This document shows positions 39,426 through 48,977 of a DNA stretch of 61,303 nucleotides, piece by piece. The DNA is from Salinivirgaceae bacterium (GTDB lineage Bacteria > Bacteroidota > Bacteroidia > Bacteroidales > SZUA-534). Positions within the stretch are counted from its first letter, which is position 1, and the number at the start of each line of letters is the position of its first letter. The DNA lies in contig JAKSOL010000017.1 of assembly GCA_024405635.1 (NCBI GenBank), positions 1-61,303 on the forward strand, written 5' to 3'. The notes beneath the pieces were generated by a model. It was given only the letters and a program-made list of their open reading frames with translations. It searched no databases and was not told the DNA's origin. Position numbers and translations under genes: made by a program.

Positions 39426-40366
39426 TAAAGGTTTTGTTCAAATAGTCCTTTTTCCAAAATCTTTTGAATGCCCTCCTCAACTTTAATCAATTCGCGGCCT
39501 AGTAGTGCTTTCATATCGCTGTTGTCTGGTTTGCGGCGGCGCATATCACCTTCTTTTAGTGGATCGACATAAATAATTTTCGACTTTGAATTGGTTAGTC
39601 TAACAATTATTTCAGCCAACTCTTTGATGGTAATTTCGCGGTTGCCTCCAATATTTATCACTTGGTTCACAACTTTGTTTTCGTAAAAAGCAGTTAGGCA
39701 AGTGTCTATATTGTCGTCGATGTAGCAGAAAGTACGGGTTTGCATGCCGTCGCCATAAATAGTTATATCGCGATTCTGCATTGCAGCCAACATAAATTTG
39801 CTCATTACAAAGTCGCGGCTTTGCTTTGGTCCGTATGTGTTAAAGAATCGGAAAATGGTGTAATCCAAATCAAACTCTTGCTTGTACGAACGCATAAATG
39901 CCTCGCCAACATTTTTCACTATGGCATAAGGCAAACGGCTGTTGAGCGGTGTTGTGTACACGTTTTGTGGGAACTCAGCTGGGTCGCCATATATTTCTGA
40001 CGATGACGAAAAGAACACACGTTTAACTGTTGTGCATTTTGACAACGACAAAATGTTTTTAATGCCGTTTATGTCGTCAAGCACTTGCACTGGATGTTCC
40101 TGAGTACGGAGCACGCCTACCACTGCGGCAAAATGGAAAACATAGTCGAACTGATATGTTGTCATAATTGGCAACATTTCACGATAATTGTTCACATCGG
40201 CTTTAATAAAACGCCAGTTGTCTTTGGGCAACTGTGGTAGTTTTTTGATGTGTCCGGTTGAAAGGTTGTCAACAATAACCACGTAGTTATCCTTGTTGCT
40301 GATAAGCTTTTCGGCCAATGCGCTTCCTATAAAACCAGCGCCTCCGGTAACAAGAATTCTATTCAT
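39425..40366 (-). CDS. NAD-dependent nucleotide-sugar epimerase/dehydratase
   Basis: TGGAGFIGS, SSSEIYG, YxxxK (YAIVK) and RFFNTYGP. Confidence 0.92.
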   Translation of the reverse strand: MNRILVTGGAGFIGSALAEKLISNKDNYVVIVDNLSTGHIKKLPQLPKDNWRFIKADVNNYREMLPIMTTYQFDYVFHFAAVVGVLRTQEHPVQVLDDINGIKNILSLSKCTTVKRVFFSSSSEIYGDPAEFPQNVYTTPLNSRLPYAIVKNVGEAFMRSYKQEFDLDYTIFRFFNTYGPKQSRDFVMSKFMLAAMQNRDITIYGDGMQTRTFCYIDDNIDTCLTAFYENKVVNQVINIGGNREITIKELAEIIVRLTNSKSKIIYVDPLKEGDMRRRKPDNSDMKALLGRELIKVEEGIQKILEKGLFEQNL

Positions 40367-40376
40367 TTTCTCTTAA

Positions 40377-41246
40377 TTAACTTTTTAGCGCGTTGGCTCC
40401 ACCCACAATCTCGGTAATCTCGTTTGTAATGGCAGCCTGGCGGGCTTTGTTATACTGTAGATTCAAAGTACGCAACAGTTCGGTTGCATTGTCGGTTGCC
40501 TTGTGCATAGCAGTCATACGCGAACCGTGCTCGGCTGCAAACGAATTGAGCAATGCTTGGTAAAACTGAATTTTGCGCGACAATGGTAACAACTGACCAA
40601 TTATTTCTTCTTGCGAAGGCTCAAAAATATAGTTGTCGTTTGACGCTTTTTGGTCGCATTCAATTGAAGCTATTGGCAAAAAGTCTTCGGTTGTAACCTC
40701 TTGCGATGCGGTGCTTTTGAATTTGTTGTAAACCAAAATCACTTTGCTAAAATCGCCTGCCACAAAGCGGGTAATAATAGAGTCGGCCACAGCGTTAACA
40801 TGGTCAAAATCTAACGATGAGTACAAATTGTTGTTCTCTTCGACATTTGCCACACGTACACGCAAAAAATCGTAAGCTTTTTTACCAATGGCTAACACTC
40901 TAACCTCTTTGCCTTGTGCTTTTAGTTCGTCAATAACTTGCATGGAGCGCTTGTGAATGTTGGCATTAAAACCACCGCACAAACCGCGATTTGAGTTAAT
41001 GGCAACCACCAACACTGGCGCAGCAGCATTACTTTTTGTAAGTGGACTGTTAATCTCGTCTTGCGCTGTTGCGTTCATCAAGTTAGCAATCAACTCACCT
41101 ATTTTTTTGGCATAGGGTCTGATGCGCAACACAGTATCTTGAGCTTTACGCAACTTAGCAGCCGACACCATTTTCATGGCGCTGGTTACTTGTCGCGTGC
41201 TGCGCACCGAACTCATTCTTTGCCTGATTTCTTTCAGGTTTGCCAT
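40377..41246 (-). CDS. atpG: ATP synthase F1 gamma
   Basis: AMKMVSAAKL, RGLCGGFN and RQAAITNEI. Confidence 0.98.
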   Translation of the reverse strand: MANLKEIRQRMSSVRSTRQVTSAMKMVSAAKLRKAQDTVLRIRPYAKKIGELIANLMNATAQDEINSPLTKSNAAAPVLVVAINSNRGLCGGFNANIHKRSMQVIDELKAQGKEVRVLAIGKKAYDFLRVRVANVEENNNLYSSLDFDHVNAVADSIITRFVAGDFSKVILVYNKFKSTASQEVTTEDFLPIASIECDQKASNDNYIFEPSQEEIIGQLLPLSRKIQFYQALLNSFAAEHGSRMTAMHKATDNATELLRTLNLQYNKARQAAITNEITEIVGGANALKS

Positions 41247-41258
41247 AGTTATTAGTTT

Positions 41259-42860
41259 TTATTTGTATTTAGCCACAATGTTGGCAACCAACGCTTTAAT
41301 GGCATTTTCAATCTCGTCGTTAATCACGCCTTTCTTAATCTCGGCCAAAAGGTCGGCATGTTTAGCCTCCATTTGAGCCAAAAAGTCGGCCTCAAACTCT
41401 TGCACTTTATTTGCTGGCACATCGCTCAACAATCCCTTAACACCGCAGTAGATAATAGCCACTTGCTTTTCTACTGGCATTGGAGAGTATTGTCCTTGCT
41501 TAAGAATCTCAACGTTTTTGCGTCCTTTGTCAAGCACTGCCATGGTTGCAGCATCAAGGTCGGAACCAAATTTTGAGAAGGCCTCCAACTCACGGAACTG
41601 AGCTTGGTCAATTTTCAAAGTACCGGCAATTTTCTTCATACTCTTAATTTGAGCATTACCACCTACACGCGATACCGAAATACCTACGTTGATGGCTGGG
41701 CGAATACCTGCATTGAACAAGTCTGACTCCAAGAAAATCTGACCATCGGTAATTGAAATAACGTTGGTTGGAATGTAAGCCGAAACGTCGCCAGCTTGTG
41801 TTTCGATGATTGGCAAAGCGGTAAGCGAGCCTCCACCTTTTACAAGTGGGTTGCCATCTTTGTCTTTTGCATCGCGCAACACTGGTGGAAGGTCGTTCAT
41901 TTGGCGAGCCACCTCGTCGGAGTTGATAATTTTAGCAGCACGCTCAAGCAAACGGCTGTGCAAATAGAACACGTCGCCTGGATAAGCCTCGCGGCCTGGT
42001 GGGCGGTGAAGCAACAACGACACCTCACGATACGATACAGCTTGTTTTGAAAGGTCGTCGTAAACTACCAAAGCAGCACGACCGGTGTCGCGGAAATACT
42101 CGCCAATAGCTGCACCAGCAAATGGAGCCATAAACTGCATAGCAGCAGGATCGGATGCTGTTGCCGACACAATGATTGAATAGTTCATTGCACCGTATTT
42201 CTCAAGTGTTTTGGCAACGTTGGCAACTGTACTACCCTTTTGGCCTACAGCCACATAAATACAATAAACTGGGTTGCCAGCATCGTAAAATTCTTTTTGA
42301 TTGATAATGGCATCAATAGCAATGGCTGTTTTACCTGTTTGACGGTCGCCAATAATCAACTCGCGTTGTCCACGACCAATTGGAGTCATTGCATCAACAG
42401 GTTTCAACCCAGTTTGCAATGGTTCTTTAACTGGTTGACGGAACAATACGCCAGGAGCCTTGCGCTCAAGTGGCATTTCGTAAAGGTCGCCAGTAATAGG
42501 GCCTTTACCGTCAAGAGGTTCGCCAATGGTGTTAATGATGCGGCCAAGCAAGCCTTCGCCCACGTTGATTGATGCAATGCGTTTGGTTCGTTTAACCAAG
42601 TCGCCCTCTTTAATGCCATCGGATGGACCAAGCAACACGGCACCCACGTTGTCTTCTTCAAGGTTTTGTACTATACCTTTAACACCGTTTGCAAACTCAA
42701 TCAATTCGTTCGATTGCGCATTTGACAAACCGTAAATGCGGGCAATTCCATCGCCAACGGTTAAAACATTTCCAACCTCGTTAAGTTCGTTTTCGGCTTT
42801 GAACCCTTCGAGTTGTTGTTTCAACACCGACGATATTTCTGAAGGTTTAATATCTGCCAT
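41259..42860 (-). CDS. atpA: ATP synthase F1 alpha
   Basis: GDRQTGKT and [21 protein letters not shown]. Confidence 0.99.
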   Translation of the reverse strand: MADIKPSEISSVLKQQLEGFKAENELNEVGNVLTVGDGIARIYGLSNAQSNELIEFANGVKGIVQNLEEDNVGAVLLGPSDGIKEGDLVKRTKRIASINVGEGLLGRIINTIGEPLDGKGPITGDLYEMPLERKAPGVLFRQPVKEPLQTGLKPVDAMTPIGRGQRELIIGDRQTGKTAIAIDAIINQKEFYDAGNPVYCIYVAVGQKGSTVANVAKTLEKYGAMNYSIIVSATASDPAAMQFMAPFAGAAIGEYFRDTGRAALVVYDDLSKQAVSYREVSLLLHRPPGREAYPGDVFYLHSRLLERAAKIINSDEVARQMNDLPPVLRDAKDKDGNPLVKGGGSLTALPIIETQAGDVSAYIPTNVISITDGQIFLESDLFNAGIRPAINVGISVSRVGGNAQIKSMKKIAGTLKIDQAQFRELEAFSKFGSDLDAATMAVLDKGRKNVEILKQGQYSPMPVEKQVAIIYCGVKGLLSDVPANKVQEFEADFLAQMEAKHADLLAEIKKGVINDEIENAIKALVANIVAKYK

Positions 42861-42878
42861 AGTTTTGGTTTTTGTCTA

Positions 42879-43421
42879 TTAAATAGAAAAATCAGTAAAT
42901 TGTCGTTTTAGTTGTTTCAATTTGGTTGCTACGCTAGCGTCAATTTGCTTGTCGTCAACTTGCAACACAAAACCACCAATGATTGATGGATCTTGTTTTG
43001 CCTCAAGTTCAACTTTTACGTTGAGTGCATCGGCCACCACTTTTTCAATCTTTGCTTTTAGTTCGGCATCAACGGGCAACACGGTAACCACGCTGGCATG
43101 TTTAATGCCTAAATGTTGGTTGCAACGAGCTGCAAAATTGCGGCACACAGCTGCAAGTTGTTCAACACGGCCGTTTTCAACAATCAGTTTAATGAAGTTG
43201 AGGGTAAGTTGGTCAACCGAGCCTGCAAGCACATTGTTGAATAGCAGAATCTTTTTTGATGGCTTGATGGTTGGATTACCCAAAAACTGTTTCATATCGG
43301 CATCGGCACAAAGCGAGCCAACAAGCGCAAAGTCGGTTTTGAGTGCTGCCACCATGTCTTTTTCAACGGCAACATCAAACAAGGCCTTTGCATAACGTAC
43401 GGCTATTCTGCTGTTGTCCAT
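42879..43421 (-). CDS. atpH: ATP synthase delta
   Basis: RYAKALF and DPSIIGG..IDASV. Confidence 0.96.
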   Translation of the reverse strand: MDNSRIAVRYAKALFDVAVEKDMVAALKTDFALVGSLCADADMKQFLGNPTIKPSKKILLFNNVLAGSVDQLTLNFIKLIVENGRVEQLAAVCRNFAARCNQHLGIKHASVVTVLPVDAELKAKIEKVVADALNVKVELEAKQDPSIIGGFVLQVDDKQIDASVATKLKQLKRQFTDFSI

Positions 43422-43425
43422 ATAC

Positions 43426-43917
43426 TTAGAGTTTTGATTGTTTCAAAAGGTCGTCAATTAATGCCGATTGACTTTGTTTGTCGGCCAATTCTTTGCCTAG
43501 TACTTTTTCGGCTATTTCAACCGACAAGGTTGCAACCTCATTTTTCAGTTCGTTAATGGCTGCACGCTTTTCGTTTTCGATTAGAGCAAGTGCTTGATCG
43601 ATAATTTTTTGGCTTTCGGCCTTAGCTTTTTCTTGACTTTCGGCAATAATCTTCTCTTTAAGTTCGCGAGCCTCGTTCAAAATTTTGTCGCGTTCAATGC
43701 GAGCCTCTTTAAGCACTTGGTCGTTTTCGGCTTTTAGATTAGCCATTTCTTTGCGAGCAATTTCGGCAGCGTTTAGCGCGTCCTCAATGCTTTTGGTGCG
43801 TTTGTTCACCATTCCAAGAATTGGTCCCCAAGCAAACTTGTAGAGCAAGAACACCAAAATAAGGAAAATAAGTACGGTCCAAAATATGAGACCTACTGCG
43901 GGTGTTACTAAATCCAT
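43426..43917 (-). CDS. atpF: ATP synthase Fo b
   Basis: N-terminal TM (FAWGPIL) plus coiled coil; operon position. Confidence 0.96.
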   Translation of the reverse strand: MDLVTPAVGLIFWTVLIFLILVFLLYKFAWGPILGMVNKRTKSIEDALNAAEIARKEMANLKAENDQVLKEARIERDKILNEARELKEKIIAESQEKAKAESQKIIDQALALIENEKRAAINELKNEVATLSVEIAEKVLGKELADKQSQSALIDDLLKQSKL

Positions 43918-43944
43918 ATCGTTATTGTGTTTTTAGCGTTTTTA

Positions 43945-43980
43945 AGATGCGTTGGCAGCCAATCGCTACTCAACGCATCT
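43945..43980 (-). promoter_or_regulatory. Intercistronic hairpin between atpE and atpF
   Basis: AGATGCGTTG...CAACGCATCT perfect 10-bp stem. Confidence 0.55.
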
Positions 43981-44016
43981 ACAAAAATTTGTTTGATTGC
44001 TCAAACGTTTCGTTTG

Positions 44017-44226
<210 letters not shown>

Positions 44227-44269
44227 TTAATTTTAAATGTTAATAATTGGAAATGAAGTTTCGTGTTTT

Positions 44270-45340
44270 TTAATGTTCGTGCTCGGCTCCCATATTCACT
44301 GCCAAACCTATAAACAATGCCGACAACATGGTGAAGATGTAGGCTTGTAGTGCTGCTACCAACAACTCAAGCACGTCCATAAACAAGACAAATGCTATTG
44401 ATACTGGTGCAATAAACACTGTTTGGAAAATAAATATGAGCGAAATGAGCGATAGCACAATAATGTGGCCTGCCGATATGTTTGCAAACAAACGTATCAT
44501 TAAGGCAAATGGTTTTGATATAACTCCAATAAACTCTACCACTGTCATTACTGGTTGCAACCACCATGGCACACCTGGCATGCTAAATTTTTCAATCCAA
44601 TAGTGCTTGCTGGCAAACACGTTGGTAAGAATCATGGTGATGAACGATAGTGTAAAGGTTACTGCTATGTTTCCTGTAAGGTTGGCCGATGCTGGCAACA
44701 AACCCAACATATTATTTATCCAAATAAAGAAGAATACTGTGAGCAGATATGGCAGAAAACGGTCGGCATTTTTGCCAAGGTTTGGTTCGGCAATGTCTTC
44801 TTTAACAAACAGTATTAGTGGTTCGGTGAAACCACGCAAACCTGTTGGCACTTGGCCATGTTTTTCGTAAGCGCGAGCCGAACCAACAAATATGAGTAGC
44901 AACAACACTGCCGATAGCATCATTGACGCTACGTTTTTGGTGATTGAAAAATCTAATGCTGCCACGTTGGTTGGATTACCAGCCTCGTCAAATTCCATTT
45001 GGCCGTATTGGTTGGCTAGGTAAATTTTTTCGTGATGCAGAATGTATTGGTTTGTGCCGCAAGTTACTGTTGCATGACCATGCTCAAACTTTGACGACAT
45101 AAATACATCAAGTTGGTTGTTGGCATATACAATAACTGGCAAAGGCATAGCCACTGGATGCAAATTACCCTCGGCATCTTTCTTGTCAAAAAAGTGCCAA
45201 TAGTGAGCATCTTTTATATGCTCCATTATGGTTTCGGTAGGATTAAATTTTTCTGCCTGTTCTGACTCGGTGTTTCCAAAAACTTGAACCGAAGTGAACA
45301 GCATCAGCGCCAATGCCGATAGTATATTTGCTACTTTCAT
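44270..45340 (-). CDS. atpB: ATP synthase Fo a (Bacteroidetes type with N-terminal extension)
   Basis: IRLFANISAGH and LQAYIF. Confidence 0.96.
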   Translation of the reverse strand: MKVANILSALALMLFTSVQVFGNTESEQAEKFNPTETIMEHIKDAHYWHFFDKKDAEGNLHPVAMPLPVIVYANNQLDVFMSSKFEHGHATVTCGTNQYILHHEKIYLANQYGQMEFDEAGNPTNVAALDFSITKNVASMMLSAVLLLLIFVGSARAYEKHGQVPTGLRGFTEPLILFVKEDIAEPNLGKNADRFLPYLLTVFFFIWINNMLGLLPASANLTGNIAVTFTLSFITMILTNVFASKHYWIEKFSMPGVPWWLQPVMTVVEFIGVISKPFALMIRLFANISAGHIIVLSLISLIFIFQTVFIAPVSIAFVLFMDVLELLVAALQAYIFTMLSALFIGLAVNMGAEHEH

Positions 45341-45633
45341 CTTAACCTATCTTTTTCAAAAGTTAAATTTTGGTGTTTGGGCTTATTTTCCCAATCAAAA
45401 GCAACCTAAAAGTATAGAATTATTTCCGTTAGTTGAATAGTACCCTTTTCAGTTTTTGACAAAACTTTGATGCTTGCAGTAGTTTTATGCATTATAGTTG
45501 ATTGATTAACAGATTATTGAACTACACGCATTTTTTGTATATATTTTTTGTATTTGGCTTAATATGGCTTGAAAACACGAGTTTTACGTAGTTTTATTTT
45601 ACTTTTTTCATTTAGCTACATGGTTAATGCAAT

Positions 45634-45737
45634 AAACAAAAAACCGCCAACAACCTCACTTTTTGCTTGGTTGCTGGCGGTTGGTGGTGGTTTTCATGGC
45701 GGAGTTGGGGTTGTGTTGTATATGAAGTATGGTGATG
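45634..45737 (-). ncRNA. Putative sRNA of about 100 nt (dispersed element copy 2)
   Basis: TACTTTTA -7-like box at 45741-45748, 5' block shared with copy 1, and a GC-rich terminator AACCGCCAGCAACC...GGTTGTTGGCGGTT plus U-tract at 45634-45682. Insulated upstream by the terminator at 45815. Confidence 0.5.
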
Positions 45738-45814
45738 TAGTAAAAGTACAGAAACGGTTTACTTGTTTAGACTATTTGCATATATTTTTGTGAAATTTAT
45801 ATGGTTCATGAAAC

Positions 45815-45847
45815 AAAAAAAGCGAAGCATAAATGCTTCGCTTTTTT
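45815..45847. terminator. Terminator after the DUF2723 gene
   Basis: AAAAAAAGCGAAGCATAAATGCTTCGCTTTTTT. Confidence 0.88.
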
Positions 45848-45866
45848 ATTTAGTAGCTATTATAGG

Positions 45867-48800
45867 CTATTTAAACGACACGTTGCCTTGATAAACAGCT
45901 TGCATTTGTGTAAACACATCGTAAACTTTTTCAAGGAATTCGGTTGTGCCGTGTTCGCGTGTTACTTCGTAAACACATTGTGCATTGTACATACACATTT
46001 GACGTTGCGAGCTTGTTGCAGCTATGAATCGAGTGTTAGCCATGTAGTATTTCAAATCGTTTAGTGCGCGTGTCATTATGCGCATCGACATTTCCTCGGC
46101 AAGCGAGTTGAGTTTGCTATCCCACATTGAGGCCAACAAATTAACGTCGTAGTAATCGAGAGGAATTTTTTCGTCGGGCAAAATTTCAAGACAACGATTT
46201 ACAACAGCTTGAGCCGAATCGATTTTGTTTTCTTGTGCCAAGGTGCTAGCCAAACGGCCAAATGTGTTGCGCAATTTTACAATACGAATGGTTCGGCGAA
46301 TATTCTCGTCGAGATAAACTTTAGGATCGCCCATGTTGCCGTAACTGAATTTCTCCATTAGGTTTTTGTAAAGTTTATCGGAGTCGATTATACCAAGGTC
46401 GTGCATGCCGTAGGGTGAATTAACTGGCACAAGTTTGTAAGCAAAGCCATCGCATTGGAAATAGCTACGAATGCCGGTGTCGTTGCCTTGCCCAGGCGAA
46501 ACAAAGTAAATTGGGCGGTCCCAATTGCCCGATGCAATAAGGTCAAGAATCATGAAGTCGTTTTTAAGCATGTAGCGCGACGATAGTTTCCACTTCATTG
46601 TATCGACAATTTGGTTTGCAAATTTTGGGTTTACTGTACCGTTTTTAACCAATTTTCGACGCAATTCAGGAGAGATGGTCATTTTCAGATTTTTGGTTGG
46701 TATGTAGTCGGTTAGCGAGCTTGTATGAGTGCGCAATTTTGTTTTTTCATCGTCGCTAGCCACATAATCAACCACATCTTTCAGTTCGGTGTAAACATTT
46801 TCGCGGCCAGCGGTTGCTATACGTTCAAAAATATAGAGTTGGTCGCGGTTGCCAGTCTCGTACTTGTCGTGAGTAAGGCTAAATGGCACTGGTTCCGACT
46901 CGTAGTATTTTGATTTCATTTGGTCGATGTACCAATCGGTGATAAGGTAAGGCAAGCATATAACGCGAACATCGGTGCGCACACCTTCAACTTCTTGAGC
47001 GTACCACAATGGGAAAGTGTCGTTGTCGCCATTGGTGAATATTATGGCATTTGGCTCGCATGAGTTAAGGTAGTTGCGGGCCACATCGCGAGCCACGTAA
47101 CGGTTGCTGCGGTCGTGGTCGTCCCAGTTTTGTGCGCACATAATGCCGGGTACAATGGTGCAAACAACGGTGGCGGCTACTGCTGCAGGTACTTGTCCAA
47201 TTTTCTTTTCGGTAAGGAATTCGTAAATGGCAAGAACACCAAAGCCAATCCATATTGTAAATGCGTAGAACGAACCAGCGTAAGCGTAGTCGCGCTCGCG
47301 AGGTTGATTTGGATATTGGTTTAGGTAAACCACAATGGCTAAGCCAGTAAGGATAAACAATGACATAACCACCCAAAAGTTCTTTTTGTCGCGTTTTAGT
47401 TGATAAACCAAACCTAACAAGCCTAGTAGCAATGGCAAGAAATAGTATTTGTTTGTTCCAGGATTGTTGGCGTACTCGCTTGGCAAGTTGTCTTGTTTGC
47501 CTAATCGCATCTCGTCAATAAACTTGATGCCGCTAATCCAGTTACCCGACATTGAGTCGCCATCGCCTTGAATATCGTTTTGGCGGCCAACAAAGTTCCA
47601 CATAAAGTAGCGCATATACATAAAGCCTACTTGGTAGCGGAAGAAATAGCGAAGGTTTTCGCCAAAGGTTGGTTTTACAATTGTTTCTTGTTCGCCTTGG
47701 TTGTTTATCACTTTAACCTTGCGGCCTTTAATCTGTCCCCAATATTTGTATTGCTCAACGTGGTGAGGTTGAGAGCTCCACATGCGAGGGAAGAAAGTAC
47801 ACATTTTTGGGTCGTAGTTGTACTCAATTTTTTCGGTTCCCTTAACGTACACGTCTTTTCCGTCGGCAGTTTTCTTTTGCAACCAAGTGTAACCATTGTC
47901 GCCATAAGGATTTTGGTTGTCAAGAGGCGCGTTGTAGTATTGTCCGTAAATAAGCGGATTGCTGCCATATTGCTCGCGGTTAAGGTAACTAAGCAACGAG
48001 TATGCGTCTTCGGGGTCGTTTTGGTCGATTGGTGGAGTAGCCAACGAGCGAACAACTGTAACAGCGTATGAGCAGTAACCCAATATGAGCATTGCCACAC
48101 AAAGCAAAGCAATGTTTGCAAGAGGTTTGCCAAGTTTGTGAGTTTTTACAACTCCCCAGCCCATAGCCACAAGCACAGCCACCACAAAGAATAGCAAGCC
48201 TGAATTGAATCCAAAACCAAGTGAGTTTACAAAGATGCGGTCGAACACAAATCCAATTTTTACCAATCCTGGAATGATGCCCCACATTACGCTAGCCAAA
48301 ATGACACACGAGATGAGCAAAGTAACAATGAAACCTTTGGTTGTTGGTTCGTATTTTTTAAAGTAAATAACCAATGCAATGGCAGGAATGGCAAGCAAGT
48401 TGAGCAAGTGAACGCCAATTGACAAACCAATAACATAGGCAATGAGTACTAACCAACGGTTGCTGTATTTGGTGTCGCTCTGTTCTTCCCACTTCAAAAT
48501 AGCCCAAAACACAAAAGCAGTAAGCATTGACGACGATGCGTAAACCTCGCCCTCAACTGCCGAGAACCAAAATGTGTCGCTAAAAGTGTATGCCAAACTA
48601 CCAATGATGCCGCTGCCCATAATGGCAAGCATTTGACCAGTGGTCATTTGGTCTTTCACACCAACCATTTTTTTGGCTAGGTAGGTAATGGTCCAAAACA
48701 AGAACAAAATGGTGAAAGCCGAGCAGATGCCCGACATTGCGTTTACCATCATTGCAACCTTTTCAACATTGCCAAAAGCAAACTGCGAAGCAATGTTTAC

Positions 48801-48977
48801 CATAAGCATAAAGAAAGGTGCGCCAGGTGGGTGACCAACTTCAAGTTTGTAACCTGTTGAGATAAACTCGCCACAGTCCCAAAAACTGGCTGTTGGCTCA
48901 ATGGTTAGCAGATATACTATTGCCGAAATGGCAAACACTGCCCAACCAAGCAAACGGTTAATCTTCTGATAATTCAT
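45867..48977 (-). CDS. DUF2723 (TMEM260-like GT-C) membrane glycosyltransferase
   Basis: SFWDCGEF, HPPGAP, FWFSAVEGEVY, RERDYAY and GDNDTFPLWY; many TM segments. Confidence 0.88.
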   Translation of the reverse strand: MNYQKINRLLGWAVFAISAIVYLLTIEPTASFWDCGEFISTGYKLEVGHPPGAPFFMLMVNIASQFAFGNVEKVAMMVNAMSGICSAFTILFLFWTITYLAKKMVGVKDQMTTGQMLAIMGSGIIGSLAYTFSDTFWFSAVEGEVYASSSMLTAFVFWAILKWEEQSDTKYSNRWLVLIAYVIGLSIGVHLLNLLAIPAIALVIYFKKYEPTTKGFIVTLLISCVILASVMWGIIPGLVKIGFVFDRIFVNSLGFGFNSGLLFFVVAVLVAMGWGVVKTHKLGKPLANIALLCVAMLILGYCSYAVTVVRSLATPPIDQNDPEDAYSLLSYLNREQYGSNPLIYGQYYNAPLDNQNPYGDNGYTWLQKKTADGKDVYVKGTEKIEYNYDPKMCTFFPRMWSSQPHHVEQYKYWGQIKGRKVKVINNQGEQETIVKPTFGENLRYFFRYQVGFMYMRYFMWNFVGRQNDIQGDGDSMSGNWISGIKFIDEMRLGKQDNLPSEYANNPGTNKYYFLPLLLGLLGLVYQLKRDKKNFWVVMSLFILTGLAIVVYLNQYPNQPRERDYAYAGSFYAFTIWIGFGVLAIYEFLTEKKIGQVPAAVAATVVCTIVPGIMCAQNWDDHDRSNRYVARDVARNYLNSCEPNAIIFTNGDNDTFPLWYAQEVEGVRTDVRVICLPYLITDWYIDQMKSKYYESEPVPFSLTHDKYETGNRDQLYIFERIATAGRENVYTELKDVVDYVASDDEKTKLRTHTSSLTDYIPTKNLKMTISPELRRKLVKNGTVNPKFANQIVDTMKWKLSSRYMLKNDFMILDLIASGNWDRPIYFVSPGQGNDTGIRSYFQCDGFAYKLVPVNSPYGMHDLGIIDSDKLYKNLMEKFSYGNMGDPKVYLDENIRRTIRIVKLRNTFGRLASTLAQENKIDSAQAVVNRCLEILPDEKIPLDYYDVNLLASMWDSKLNSLAEEMSMRIMTRALNDLKYYMANTRFIAATSSQRQMCMYNAQCVYEVTREHGTTEFLEKVYDVFTQMQAVYQGNVSFK

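Noticed and set aside
45569-45793. 74-aa plus-strand ORF
   Set aside because: It runs through a terminator hairpin, and the homologous block at 294-364 has a frameshift and an early stop.
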